DNA of 63,883 nt from Octopus bimaculoides (taxonomy: Eukaryota): contig NC_068983.1 of NCBI RefSeq assembly GCF_001194135.2, positions 72,006,873-72,070,755 of the forward strand, in the 5' to 3' direction. The translations under genes and the position numbers were made by a program. The notes beneath the pieces were generated by a model. It was not told the DNA's origin and made no database searches. It saw nothing but the letters and a program-made list of their open reading frames with translations. Of this stretch, positions 1 through 13,367 are shown piece by piece; within the stretch, counting starts at the first letter, position 1; each line of letters opens with the position of its first letter.

Positions 1-135
1 CCTTATTCTTTCTGTTGAAGAGCGTAGCTCGAAACGTTAAAGACTTTCTCTATTCCTGAGCGTTAAACTAATACGTCCTTTTGTTGTTTACACCACCTGT
101 CCTCGTTTGTTGTTTTTTTCGTAAATTCTCCCATA
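1..135 (+). mobile_element. Fragment of a microsatellite-associated repeat carrying a minimal hammerhead-like motif (Penelope-like terminal repeat?)
   Basis: A second copy lies in reverse orientation at ~46400-46560. Motif TCTTT-CTGTTGA-A-GAGC-GTA-GCTC-GAAAC-GTT-AAAGA at 7-43. Confidence 0.55.
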
Positions 136-149
136 TGTATACATATATA

Positions 150-310
150 TTACGGGCTTCTTTCAGTTTCCGTCTACCAAATCCACTCACAAGGCTTTGG
201 TCGGCCCAAGGCTATAGTAGAAGACACTTTCCCAAGGTGCCACGCAGTGGAACTGAACCCAGAACCATGTGGTTGGTAAGTAAGCTACTTACCACACAGC
301 CACTCCCACA
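150..310 (-). mobile_element. tRNA-derived SINE family A, 5' part
   Basis: Near-identical to 59520-59680. A-box (TGGCTGTGTGG) and B-box-like (GGTTCAGTTCC) motifs on the minus strand. Confidence 0.85.
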
Positions 311-1070
311 CCTAGTTTTTCTTTTTTGTTAATCAGGGATAAGTTGGGGCTTTACAACAACACTGATTTTCAAAAGAAAGTTTGAAAACAAACAGAAAAG
401 ATATCTGAAAGATGTCTAGAAAATGTTATCAAAATACTTAAACAATTCATATAGAAGATTTCTATTGTATTATTCCCATGACAATACATTTTTCTTGGAA
501 GTTTCCTATATATCTTACAACAAGTTATTCAAAGTTAGCATATACAGTTGGGTTATTTAGGGTGGATAAGATATAGTGAAGTTAGTGTTAACATATTTAA
601 TGCAATGAACATTAAAATCCTCATCAAAAATAGCTGGTAGTGAAAAAAAAAATATCTACATAAGTCAATGATAATGTTAATTCTGTTATTTCAGCTAGAA
701 TGGAAGAAAAATCTGGACATGTACAAGTCTTAGACTCAACAGTAAAGCAGAGATTTCATTGTATGTACTAAAATAGTGAAAGAAGAATTGCCGAGTAAAT
801 ATATAAGATTGTACACTGGTTAGCATAGAGAAATAGAACTGTGTTGTGAATAAATAACTTAGAGATGACATCTGCATAAACTGACTCCGTACAACTTGAA
901 CAATTCATTTGGAAGAGAATGATACTCAACAATCATATAAGTATTTTAAAGAAGCCTAAAGTTTATCTCAACTCTATAGATTTTGCAGTAAATAAAAAGG
1001 GGATGATGATGATGATGATGATGATGTCGATGATGACAACGATGATGGTAATAATAATAATCCTTTCTAC

Positions 1071-1272
1071 TAAAGGCACAAGGCCTGCTATTTGGGAGGA
1101 GAGGAATAGTTGATAGCATCAACCCTAGTGTTTCCCTGGTACTTAATTTATTGACTCCCCGAAAGGATGAAAGGCAAAGTTGACCTCAGTGGAATTTGAA
1201 CTCAGAATGTAGTGGCAGATGAAATACTGCTAAGCATTTTGCTCGGCATGCTAATGTTTCTGCCAGCTTGTT
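1071..1272 (-). mobile_element. SINE family B (further copies at ~18195-18380, ~57895-58105, ~60085-60255)
   Basis: Shared core gatgaaaggcaaagttgacct...gaatttgaactcagaatgta...ctaagcatt...ctgccagc in several copies. B-box-like GAGTTCAAATTCC on the minus strand. Confidence 0.75.
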
Positions 1273-2377
1273 ACCTTGATGATGATGATGATGGTGATGG
1301 TGATGATGATGATGATGATGATGAATGAATACTTCTAGTTTTAAATTTGAAATATTTTCATTTGAGTTAGAATTTTTATTTTAAGCAACTGACAGCTAAA
1401 GGTGTTGGCTACTTTCTCAAATTTGAAAGATACCCAGAGTTTCTCACTATGTGAATTTCTTCAAGCAACAGATCTCCCTCTCTCTCTCTCTCTCTCTCTC
1501 TATCTCAGTGTATACACACACACACACACACACATATATCTATACATACATACATACATCCAGAGAGAGAGAAGTGATTGCTTTGTTCCTTTATGGACTG
1601 TGTGCCCATTTATACATCACCCACTTGTGAAGTCAACAATTGTCCTATACACACAAATGTGCATGTGTGAGCATGTGTGTGTATGTGTGTGTGTGTGAGT
1701 GTGCATTAGATAAGAATGTATCAAAATAAACCAACAATGGATATAGGCAATTAGTCCTCAGATTGGACCAAATACCTAAACTCCAACACTGAATGAAAGA
1801 AGAGTGAATCTAGGCAAACAAGAGTAGGTGATAAGCAATGTACCGGTCAAGCTACACACACGCATGCACAATTTTTGCTTATTTTCTAGAACAAAAACAT
1901 AAATGAGCTCAACATTCTTGTGTTAGAATTGTAAAGAACCTGGCTGTCATATGCAAAGTAAACAAGGTCCAAAGCAAAGTTGTATTAAATTGATCATTTG
2001 CTCAATCAGAAGGTAAACTGAATGAAATTTTGGTCCAAGTAATATGTAATCCTGTTTACTTTACATATAACAAGCACGCACACGCACACACTCAACCACA
2101 TCAACACACACTCAACATCAACAACAACACACATAGGATTTGCATGGAAGCGTGTAGAGTATGCCATGTTTTATCCCTAAATACATGGCATGCTATACAA
2201 GCTAATCCATCTATTTTACTATCAGAAGCATGAAACTTATAAAAGCTTGTACTTAAATCCTGTGCATGTTAAATAAAGTGATATTTGTCTCTCATTGGAT
2301 GGAGTACTTTCTGTGTTGACCCCACCAATAACAGAAAAGTACACTACATATATATGTGTATGTGTGTGTGCATGTAT

Positions 2378-2545
2378 GCAGTCCACTCTGTAAAATAGAT
2401 GGCATTAGGAAGGGCATCCAGCTATAAAATACATACCAAAACAGACAGTGAGGCTTGGTGCAGTCCTCTGGCTTACTAGCTCTTGTCAAACAGTGCATCC
2501 CATGCCAACATGGAAGATCGACATTGAATTATGATGATGATGATA
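2378..2545 (+). mobile_element. RTE LINE 3' tail ending in (GAT)n
   Basis: Diverged match to the 3' end of the RTE copy at 14941-16805. Confidence 0.7.
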
Positions 2546-3650
2546 TATACAGGAGCACAAGAGACACAGTGTTATCACAGGCAGGCTGACAAAGTGGAAA
2601 GACTTCATATGTAACAGACGCATAAGAGTAATTATCAGTAAGAAAATCCATGAAATAAATGTTTTCAAATGCCTGCAAGGCTCCCTAAAGTTAATTTTTG
2701 TTACCTAGGTGACCTAAATAATAGTGGAGGTGGGTGTTCTGAAAAAAACATATTAGTCTCAGTGAGAAAAAGTTTAGAGAACTATCGTGTGTACTAGTAA
2801 CAAAGGGATTCTATTTTCAAGTTAAGATAAATTGTATGCTTGCCTACGAATTGTAAAGTTACATGACAGTAAAACATGGCTGGGAGAAATAATGTGAGCA
2901 TACTTCAGTGTATGGGTTATATTATTGCACATAATAGACAGAGTGCAAATGAACTGCAAGAAAAATTGGGCACAAAAGGAATCAGTTTTAGTATACAAGA
3001 GAAGACAGTGCTGACATTTTATGTGGAATAAATTAGCAGAAGATGAAGACCAAGGAAGACATGGAATAAGTGATGAAGTCTGATCTCAGAATGCTGAACA
3101 TCATAAAGGAAGTAGTACAAGGGACAACACAAGTGGTAAGATGTTGTGCTGAAGGTAACCTGTCCAACATATGATGATAATGACAATAGCAATGATGAGG
3201 TGTGTACGTATATATTACATATGATTACATACATACATATGTATGTATGTATGTATGTACGTATGTATGGATGTATCATCATATAATGTCCTCTTTTGCA
3301 TGTATGCATGGGTCAGATGACATTTGTTGAGGCAGATTTTTCTATAACCAGATACTCTTCCAGTTACTAAACCTCACCTGTTTCTAAGCAAGGTAATATT
3401 TTCATATAGCTAGACATAAATTTCATGAAAGACTGGATACAATCTTGCTTATAGGATAGTAATGTTCATTTACAAGTATCACAAGATGTCTAGACAAAGG
3501 TACACACAAACACACACACATGTGTGTGTGTGTGTGNNNNNNNNNNNNNNNNNNNNNNNNNNNNNNNNNNNNNNNNNNNNNNNNNNNNNNNNNNNNNNNN
3601 NNNNNNNNNNNNNNNNNNNNNNNNNNNNNNNNNNNNNNNNNNNNNNNNNN

Positions 3651-3688
<38 letters not shown>

Positions 3689-5176
3689 ATGTGTATATAT
3701 CTAGGGCTTCTTTCAATTTCTGGTTGATAAATCCAGTCACAAAGCTTTGGTTGGCCCAGGGCTATATTAGAAGATCTTACCCAAGGTAGGGCTGAACCCA
3801 ACACGACCTAGTTGGGAAACAAGCTTCTCAACTGCACAGCTATACCTGAACCTATATACACACACACACACATGCATACGTACATATATACATATGTGAA
3901 TAAATGTTTGAACACTGTCCTGCTGGAAAAAGAATTGATGGTACATACGAGTAATATGTTGAAAACAGTTGTTCTTGAATGGCTTAGCAGCAGTTTATAA
4001 CCAGTGAGCTTCATATTATAGCTCACCAGTGCACACAACTAGGCTACCATATAACTGAGAAATCTCTTCATGAGTTTGCTCAATGCAACAGGATGCTATT
4101 TTAATATAAGTTCCATAAAGGTCAAATCAACAGTTGATGGATTTCCATTTCATTTACGTCACTTAAAAAATTGTTTTACGTTAATTTTTTCACCCTTATA
4201 TAGATCAATAACTTTTGTGATAGAGGAATTTTTTTTTAACAGCAAGATATCTATTATGCTGTCAACAATATGAGTGGAATAAGAAAAAGAAGTCAGAGTT
4301 AATTGCCTTGAGTATGAACAAAGCAAAATAGCTGAAGTAAATTTTGAACTGCTGCTTAGGTGTTCAAATAGCGATAACTAGATTTGAGCTTAAGACCATG
4401 TAGACAGTAAGCAATCCAGAATTTTATTTAACCTTAGAGTTATTGAATCTCTTAACTTACAGTTGTATAAGATAGATAGAATATGAAGAACAACAATCAT
4501 AATATTCAAATGGAGCAATAATATTTAAAATTTTAAAACCTGGTTCCTACATAAATGCATTTAAAAGACATGCATTTGTAAATTCACTAGGTGTGTAGTC
4601 AAAGCATTAATTCTCAACCAGTTTATAAGAATAAAGTCAGTCCTTTTATGTGTATTATAATTGGTGGAATTTATCATGGTATGTTTCAATTTAATACAAG
4701 AGACTGAAGTCAGGAAGACACCTGAAAAACCTGCAATAAAAATAACTGTGTTACTTGTCTTCATTTCTTAGACAAACCATTACCGGAGGAGAATACATTG
4801 ATTAGACAGTTAACTTTACCTGTGTTTCTTAAGTACACTGCTTACTGTTTTATTTTATCTGACAATAGTTCTACATACAAACCCAAGTATATGGTGGATG
4901 GATGACAAAATTGGTAGAATGTAGGACAAAACACCTTATGGTATTTGGTCATGTTACTTTATTTTTCAGAGTTCAAATCCCATCCAAGTCCAGTTTGCCT
5001 TTCCTTTAGGTAGTTGATAAAATAAGTAGCAATCAGTAAAAGATGTATGCAGTTGATATGATTAACTGCACTTTCGAAGGTATTGCTCCAGAAAAGTTAC
5101 ACTCCAATGACTGAAGTCAGTAAAAAAATATAAACTTACTTCAGTGTACAAAAAAGGATGAGATGGTGCTCAATAG

Positions 5177-5395
5177 GTAGACAGACAATTCATCAGCAGA
5201 CAGTTGGCCAGCAGACAAAATATAGACAGGACAATTGTGTGGTATGGTGCAGAGTCCTGTTGCCAGACATAGGGTGTTCCAGCAGCCACCCTCTTGACTC
5301 AGGGTAGCACAACCTCCTCCAGGCACTTGATATAGGCCTACATATTGAGTCTGAGACTGTATGGGAATTGTCTGTCAACAAATTGTTTGCAGACA
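5177..5395. mobile_element. Probable MULE-type MITE (219 bp) with a 10-bp target-site duplication
   Basis: Direct repeat TGCTCAATAG at 5167-5176 and 5396-5405. Subterminal inverted repeat GACAGACAATT/AATTGTCTGTC. Repeated ~15-nt agacaatt subunits. The extreme termini are degenerate. Confidence 0.5.
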
Positions 5396-5573
5396 TGCTC
5401 AATAGATGCATATTATTCAAAGCTGTTTATATTATGATACAACAGAAGTCAACTTCAGCATGAAGGAAAATACTGCTACAAATTTAAAAAAAAAGTCAAA
5501 TAAATGCACATGAAATTTAAAACAAAAAACTTAAACTACAATTAAATGTATTTAAATAAAAGTATGGGTTTAC

Positions 5574-6745
5574 CTTTTGCCGAAGTTGTGCTTTTTGGAA
5601 TGATTCTAGATCTTTGAAACTGTGAATGACTTTTGCATTTTCATCAGCACTGCAGGACAGATCTTCTTCAGAGCTGTCTAATAGCCTCAAGTAACGATGC
5701 TGTTTTTTGCCTAAAACTGGGCTATAATGTTTGCTTTTACCACGTAACACTTCCTCTCTTAGTCTTCGTGTAGGTGTGTCCATCTTTGGACTTCGACGAA
5801 CAGGTGATGAAGGCAGAGAAGCGCTCTGTTTGATTTCTTGGCTTGATATTCCTCGATTTAGAGTTGATTCTTTTACTGAATCTGATAAAATATTGATTCC
5901 TGTATCAACTGAACCATGCTTTTTAAGAGTTCTTTTGATTGGGGAATGATGGGGGCTGCATGTACTTTCTGATGCACTATCATCTTCAGTAGTAGTTGAG
6001 TCTATGCTTGTTCGGTAATAATGAGCAAACGGGGATGGTTTTTCTAAAGTGTCACTGTCTGGGAGGGAGTCCTGATGAGCAAAATACAAACGAGGTTGGT
6101 TTTCTCTGGCAGTAACAGGGACTAATTGGCTACAGTCCTGAATAGTGTTTGCTTCTAATGGCAGCTCAGAGTTATCACCACCCTCATCATCAATGTACCT
6201 AAGACTCTGACGTGCTGGATCAGCCCAGCGTGGCATATCATCAGACATGTCAGTTCGTAAAATTTCTTCTAATTCAGTTTTTGGTTGTTTAGAACTTTCA
6301 CTGAGTACAAGGCTCTGTTGCCCTGTATCCAGTGTAATTTTAGGTGGGTTTGCATTAGTAGGAACTTTTGGTCTTGCTCCTAAACATTGATAACCATCTT
6401 TTGATATTACCCCATCACTGCTGTTAGAGTTCACTATACAGTTATTTGCTGTCTCAAAGTGTATATCACGTGGATTCATGCTCACCTGAGAAATTTTAGC
6501 AGGTTGGAGTTGGTTGGTTTTATTGGCAGGAAAACCTGTGAAATTTGGTCCTTCAGAAGATTTTGCTGCTAAGCTTTCCCGGTCAATAATAATTGGAGAT
6601 TCAATATGATTACCTATAGAATTTGTTCCAAATGGTTCCATTGGATAGTGTGCAGCTATCCTTGAGTTAGGATCAATAGAAGATTCTGGAATGATGCTAA
6701 CATCTGGTACTGTGGCTCCACCAACAACACTGACAATTTCAAGCC
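5574..6745 (-). CDS. TULP4: TULP4 large coding exon (1172 nt, phase 1 to phase 0), Ser/Pro/acidic-rich and probably disordered
   Basis: Stop-free frame (includes ORF 5517..6641) from acceptor tttttttgttttAG|GG to donor GCAAAAG|GTAAAC, ending FKDLESFQKAQLRQK. In frame with the preceding exon. The assignment rests on strand, phase and position rather than on recognisable homology. Confidence 0.8.
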
Positions 6746-7227
6746 CTAAAACAAAAAAAAAACAAAAAACAAATGTTAAAATTACTTAAAAAATAACTCT
6801 TAACTTAAGAAAGCAGAAAATTATCTTAGATTCAGATATATTGTATTCTGAGAATTTTTATACATTTCGTTTTTAGCACACTATATGCATAGTAACACTA
6901 CAAAGACACATTACAGGTATATTGGACTGCTAAGACATGATGTAAATGGATCTTCATATGTAAATTGAGTATTTCACAGACACGTGTGTCTTTAATTCTA
7001 AGAATCAATATAACAGATTATGAAAAAGCTACTACTTTGAAGTACAGATACACTTCATCCAATGAGCTTTCAAACAGTTCCTTTTTGCCCAATATCACTT
7101 GGTCTATCTAAGGCTATCATAAAAGACATTAGCTCAAAATGCCACACAGTGAAATCAAATCCAGGATGACATAATTATAAAGCAAATTTCTTAACCATTT
7201 CTTTATACCTCTGGGACACACTTCTAA

Positions 7228-7665
7228 AATGTTTACTGAGATACACTGCAGGCTGTCTCCATTGCTAAGGCACATTAAATGTGTTTACACTGTCAAGACA
7301 TACTATAGACATGATTACACTGACCCCACCACCACCACCACAAAAAAATCCACTTCAGACATCTTTGCATTGTTTAGATACACTACAGACATATCAACAG
7401 TGCCAAGGAAAATTACACACATGTTTACAGTACTGAGACATGCTGCACAAAGGTTTACACTGCTAAGGCATAACACTTTCATAATGCTATGATACATTAG
7501 ACATATTTATACTACTAGAACATACTACAACCATGATTACACAGCTAAAATACAGCAGGCATGTTTATAATGAGTGTATGTTTACATTACCAAGACACAC
7601 TGCAGATATGTCCACACAGCTAAGACATAATTAAAACACAGAACACAAATGTTACACCACTAAGA
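7228..7665. repeat. Degenerate ~29-30-bp minisatellite, about 14-15 units
   Basis: Recurring unit resembling catgtttacactgctaagacacactgcaga. Confidence 0.7.
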
Positions 7666-8759
7666 TAGTTCACGTTCAAACTCATTCAGATTAGATTTGT
7701 ATTTTTTCAAATCTTCTAGTTCCTTATCCACTATTCAATAAACAGTTATGTATGCTGTAATATATGTTGAGTGTCTTACTTTTTTAATAGATTAAGATAT
7801 CCATGAAAAAGAGCAGAAATACATTTAGCCTGTAAAATTATATTCTGTAAGGCAACACTTTAAGATAGAACTCTGGAATTTATTTGGAAAGTATCATACA
7901 GATAGCAGTAAGACTTGTTGATCAATGTTTTCTAATAAAAATAGTCCTTTCAGATAAGTGTTCATTAACTGATGTTAACTCAAATCGATAAGTTACTCAG
8001 TATTTATAAATGTTTACCTCAATCTAACACCATTCACTGTCTCATAACACTGGCTGAAAATGGATTAGGTTATTCTCAGAAATCAAAATATTTTATTCAG
8101 CTTTCTGTTAATACACTCTGAGTGTTATTCTGAGTTGTGTGTTGGGGAATATGAGATAAAACTGCTTAAAATTTGTGTTTCTGATCATTTGACCTTTGCT
8201 TTATTTTTTGTTAACCAACAATATATTGTTATGGATAAGAACTAAGCTTCCGATTCATGTAATATTAATGAATTTAAAGGATTTCAATAAAAATGAAGTG
8301 TTGACTTTAACGCAGTATGGAAAATTCACATAGTGATACACAAGATTAATGATATGTTTCTACCTTGCTTATGATTAAAATGTCATGGGTTCAATTTCAA
8401 GCAGCACTTTGTGTCTTTGAGTAAGGCACATCATTTTATGTTACTCCACTGTACTCAGCCGAAAATGAGCACCAGCTGTCTGGTAGTGCAGTTCTCTCTC
8501 TCTCCTCCAGCCGTCACATTTTTTATTTTCCACAGGGAGAGCTAAGAGAGAGTCCATGCTTACTCATGGCTACATAGGCACCTAAAACAATTCATGAAAG
8601 CATGGTACATGCTATAAGGTTACACTTGCATGAAAGTGACAGCTGTGCTTTTCAATCATCATCATCTTCATGATAATTTCAGGTGTAAAATTCTTTAAAA
8701 ATTGAATATATAAAAATCTTCAAAAACTTCTTTTAAAAATATTTATTTTTAACAAAATG

Positions 8760-9750
8760 TTTCAATGTTAAATAGAACAACTTATAGTCTTTTATAACTG
8801 CTTTTGCAGAGGAGTTCAAGACTAGCTGTCTATGGGAACTCCTGTATGCAGTTGAACTAGTTCTTATAGATGAATCTGTGGAAGATTTAGAGAAGAAATT
8901 CCAGATATGGAAACAAAATCTAGAATTGAGGAACCTCAAAATAAACTTAACATAGACCAAAGTATTAGCAGGTTGGAAAAAAGTTAGGATCTTCCTTTCA
9001 TCAAGGAAAGGCTATGCTTAGTATGCAGAAAAGAAGTATGCAGCAATTCTATTTGATGTACCTAGTGTTAAGTATGGAAGCACAAGAAATGTAGTGATAA
9101 CAGGCTGGTGGAAAAGGCAGTCTTTGTATGTGATAGAAACAGGTGGCCGAAGATTACACATGAAATGCTCGGAAGATTCCCCAGAAGTAGCTGACTGCTT
9201 TTATTACTTAGGTGGCCAAATTAGAAGTGAAGATGGGTATTCTGAAACCATAGAAGCTTGAGTAAGAACAGAGTGGAAAAAGTTACGGAACTATTACCTT
9301 TGCTGGTAAAAAAAAAAAAGGTTTCTCTCTCAGAGTGAAAGACAGATTGTATGATGCTTGTATACGAAGTAGTTACAGAGAAGAGAATACCTTGAATACG
9401 GAAGATTTGCAAAAATATGAAGTAAGCATGTTCTGCTGAATGTGTATATCAGTTTTTTTAAAAGGTGGAGCACAAATGAAGTGAGAGAAAAGCATGATTT
9501 CTCTGAAATCATATGTAGTGTGAAAAGAGAAGACAGTGCTGGTATGGACAAGTAACACAAATGAGGGATATCAGTTGTATAAAGAAGTGCTGTAATGTTG
9601 CAGCTGTGGGAGAGGGAGATCTAGGAATACATGGAACAAAGTGGCAACAGCAGATCTCAAGATGATAAATCACACCAAAGATAAAGGACTGTAATAGGAA
9701 ATCTGCACACTTGCTATTATGGCAAAATAGACATTGTGGTTTAGATGCCA
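8760..9750 (+). mobile_element. Old, heavily decayed RTE LINE (same PHD-bearing family as 14941-16805)
   Basis: Residual translation EFKTSCLWELLYAVELVLIDESVEDLEKKFQIWKQNLE parallels ELLYADDIALIAESLSELEEKFQMWKQGLE. Many stops and frameshifts. Confidence 0.7.
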
Positions 9751-12513
9751 CTCCACCGTGATTACTCTCTCATTTTCCACTCACCCACTTACTTCTTCAC
9801 TCTTCTATGTTACTTAAGTAATTAGGGGCACCACTGGATTTATACCTGACTCTACAACCACTTTTTATCACTCTATCTTTGTTCTATCATCACAGCATCT
9901 GTAATAAAGGATAGCATCAGATCTGTTCATATGCAGAACCCCCAGCCATCAGTGTTCTTCACTGCTAGTGAACATCCTCTTTTCTACATGCCAAGGTTCA
10001 CTGTCACTCCCACCTCTCTTGTACAATTACCTGTCTTTATTGCTATCCATCATTCCATTTTCTCTTACTATCAGCCATTTATATTTTCATCCTCTAATTC
10101 TTCACTCCTTTTTATATTTCTTCCTTCTATCACTGTTTATTGACACATATCACTTCCATTTCTCCCCTTCTTCACTACCTTTTCTCACCCTATCACTCCC
10201 TCTTTTCTCATAATGTTGTTCATAATGATATTTTTTCATAGTGCTTTTTTTTTATTCAATCTCTTTACCAAAAATCAACATGTAGCTGCCTATCATACTC
10301 TCCCTTCCATTACTCCCTCTCCTACTATTCTGTCATTCTTATTCCTGTGTTTCTCTAAATTGCTCACACCCACACTCTCTTCTTTTATTCTCTTGCCAAA
10401 GTTCTCAATCATCACTCTGCTATCCACCCTCTTGGACTTACTCAACTTGAATGAACAGTGAAGACAAAATGTAAACAACATTTTAGTCTTACAAAAAAAA
10501 AGCAAGACAACCTTTTTAATGCAGGATCATAAAACATACCCAGCACACTAAAGTGGATGGCAAATGAACAGAGGCAACATAATTTAGTCTTGCCAAAGGC
10601 ATTATAACCTCTTCAGAGTTAGTGTCATGGTAAAATGCACCTAGTACACTCTGTGAAGTGGTGATGATGATTTTTTAGTTGAATATGGTTATATAATAAA
10701 TGTCCAACTTTTATCTTGTGGGGGATTTTTATTTTGTTTGTTACTAGAAGCCATTTAATAAAATGTCTGGATATGCAAATAAATACAGATTTCAAGAAGC
10801 ACTATCAGGCAAAGAGTTGAAAGTTATATGTATCATTCAGATAATAATGTTCCTGCATGCTTGATCTCTACAAGCAACAAGCGTTTTTTTTTTCTTTCTT
10901 AGTCATCTTATTTTATGATACTTTGAAGCAACATTCTATAAGTACAAAGAGCTAAAGAAAATATCTTCTGAACTAAAACTAGCTTCTCTTTTTGGTAAAC
11001 AGTATGAAAACCTTACCGATTCAAAGACATTATTTTCTTCATAACAATACTGACATTTTCAAACCAGTTTATAAAGCAGCAGATAACATAAGAGAATTAT
11101 TGTTTGTTTCACTGCTGATGATGATCAAAGAAGAATTCAAAAGATTCTATCATATAAATGACTAAGCTTTTGTAACAAATATTTTTTACCCAAAGTTTAC
11201 AGAACCAAAGCAATATGAAGCTTTTGAGTCTAATCTTGAATTCAAAGAACAAAATATCAAAATCAATAATCAATTTTGAGAAAGGATAAAGATTTTATGA
11301 CTGAATAAATTTGAAACAATTTCATGATATCAAAGTTGAATATTCTTTAAAGGATTATAAACTTTGTTAGATGAATATTATCATTGTTTTTGGAAGCTAT
11401 TATATTTGATAATTTTTCTTGATTACTTGTAATATTTTCTTGTTTTTTTCCATTTGCTTCATTTCTCCATACAAAAATTAATACATTTAATTTACATACA
11501 GTTCTACTAAATAAATTCAAATTTAATTTGATTCTAAAATTGTTATTCATTTATAGATTCCTTTCTGGTTAACTGTATTTTTAACAAGTAATCTAATATT
11601 TTTGAAGAGATATATCCTTGAACAGTAAAAGAATTGATACTGTTATTCTATTGAGATGATGAAAATGTATATTTAAGCAATGATATTGGAAGAAGTAATC
11701 CAGGATTATATTACTGGAAGAGATTTTAAATGTTATCATTTGCAATATTATGAAATCAGTTTTGCCTCTGTTTGAGAATATGTATATGAAAAAAAGAGAA
11801 AAACAAAAAAAGAAAAGATAATAACTTGCAAAAGAGACTGAAGGAGAGATGAAGCAGTAAGAAGCATGTATATAACTAAAGTGAGAGAGGGAAAAATGAA
11901 GAAGCACAAACTAGAGAAGTAGTTAGTGAATGGAAAGGTGGGTAAGAAGCAAACCACACAAAAGAATGAGAGAGATGGCTAATGAGAAATAGAAAGTTAT
12001 AGTAGCTGATACTGAGTATAACAGTTAAAGAGAAGAAGAGTGAGAGATAGGTAGTTTGAAAAAGGTAGAGCCATAGTTAATGTGAAAAAGGAAGCAAAAT
12101 TTATTAATATATCTATGTAGAATGTGTTTAGTTGTTGTCATTAATTTTTTACAAATAGATTAGCTGTCTGTTCAAACTGAATCAGCAACAGTAAACTAGA
12201 TATAGACATAATATTAGTTTTATTTGTCTTGTTCTTCTGCTTATATGGGATGCCATGGTTGTAATTTTATCACATGTATAATATTATGTGTACACTACAG
12301 TCAAATATAACCTCATAACTCTAGTGCTACGAAGGTAGCAGTATTAGCATTAAGCTTATTATTCTGATTGAAAAATACCATGTTAGCAATAGCTAAATTC
12401 AGACTTGTATTCAACTCATGCAAGAAGAATTGTTCACAACAATAGCTACATCTGTTTTGTGATTTTACTTGTGTGCATGCGCATGTATGTGTGTATGTAT
12501 GCACATGCATATA

Positions 12514-12563
<50 letters not shown>

Positions 12564-13129
12564 TGTATGTGTTTGCATGTACATATATATATATGCTTGA
12601 TAGTTTGAAACAATACAACTGGAAGCATATCCCAGGAATCTTATACTATAGATAAGTTGTCAATGCAACAATTGGTTGAATAGCAGGAAAGATGATGCAA
12701 CAAATGGCAAGAAAAATGGCTGGAGCCTAGATTTAGCTGTGAAGACAACAGTATACAATAATAGGTGATTTTCAACAGACTGACGGCCACAAAATTTGAG
12801 ATTGTCCAATGAAGTAGAGACAGGTTACCAGGAAATACAGAACCATAATTATTTATATAATCAATCATAAAAAAAATTTCCTTCAGCAGAAAAAAAAAAA
12901 GAAATTGATGTTGCATATGTTACTAGGTAATTAGTGACAAGATATTACCATAACATTTCAGTCAATAATGAAGTAAACTGGCTTCTACAAGTCTTGGTTT
13001 AAATTTCCAAGCAGAATAAATAATATAAAATTTGCCATGTTTAACAAGTTAGTACATAACAATGTTAAAGTCATTAAACTTTTCTCTAGGGTCATGAACA
13101 AAAGGTGAAAAATTAAAACTATAACTCAC

Positions 13130-13367
13130 AGGGTCCATCTTCATCTTCCTCACCACACCCAGCAGGAGTGAAGTTAGGGTCGCGTGATAAAGCTTGTGTA
13201 TCTCCAAGAAGCTCTGTCACCGTCACAGTCATTTGTCTTGGTTGAAGATGTAGTAAACTGGTTTTATAGAGCACTTGACCCAAGTCTTCAGGCAATGAGT
13301 GGGCCACACCCAAAATTCCAAATTTTGTACCCCAGATATTTGATGAAACCTGTACAAGGCGGTTATT
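13130..13367 (-). CDS. TULP4: TULP4 internal coding exon (238 nt, phase 0 to phase 1)
   Basis: Translates [79 protein letters not shown], containing the TULP4 signatures SNIWGTKF and [14 protein letters not shown]. Acceptor ttatttttccAG|AAT; donor CCCT|GTGAGT. Confidence 0.94.

Noticed and set aside
1-5573. C-terminal tubby-domain exons of TULP4
   Set aside because: I searched the minus strand by eye for NK.P.WNE, YQLDFGGRV and AKNFQ and found none. A candidate microexon near 4820-4860 gives an immediate stop.
10900-11560. AT-rich, coding-like stretch on plus (similar impression at 20500-20800 and 50600-51150)
   Set aside because: Stops occur in the frames examined and I recognise no domain. 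Probably very old TE debris, but not classifiable.
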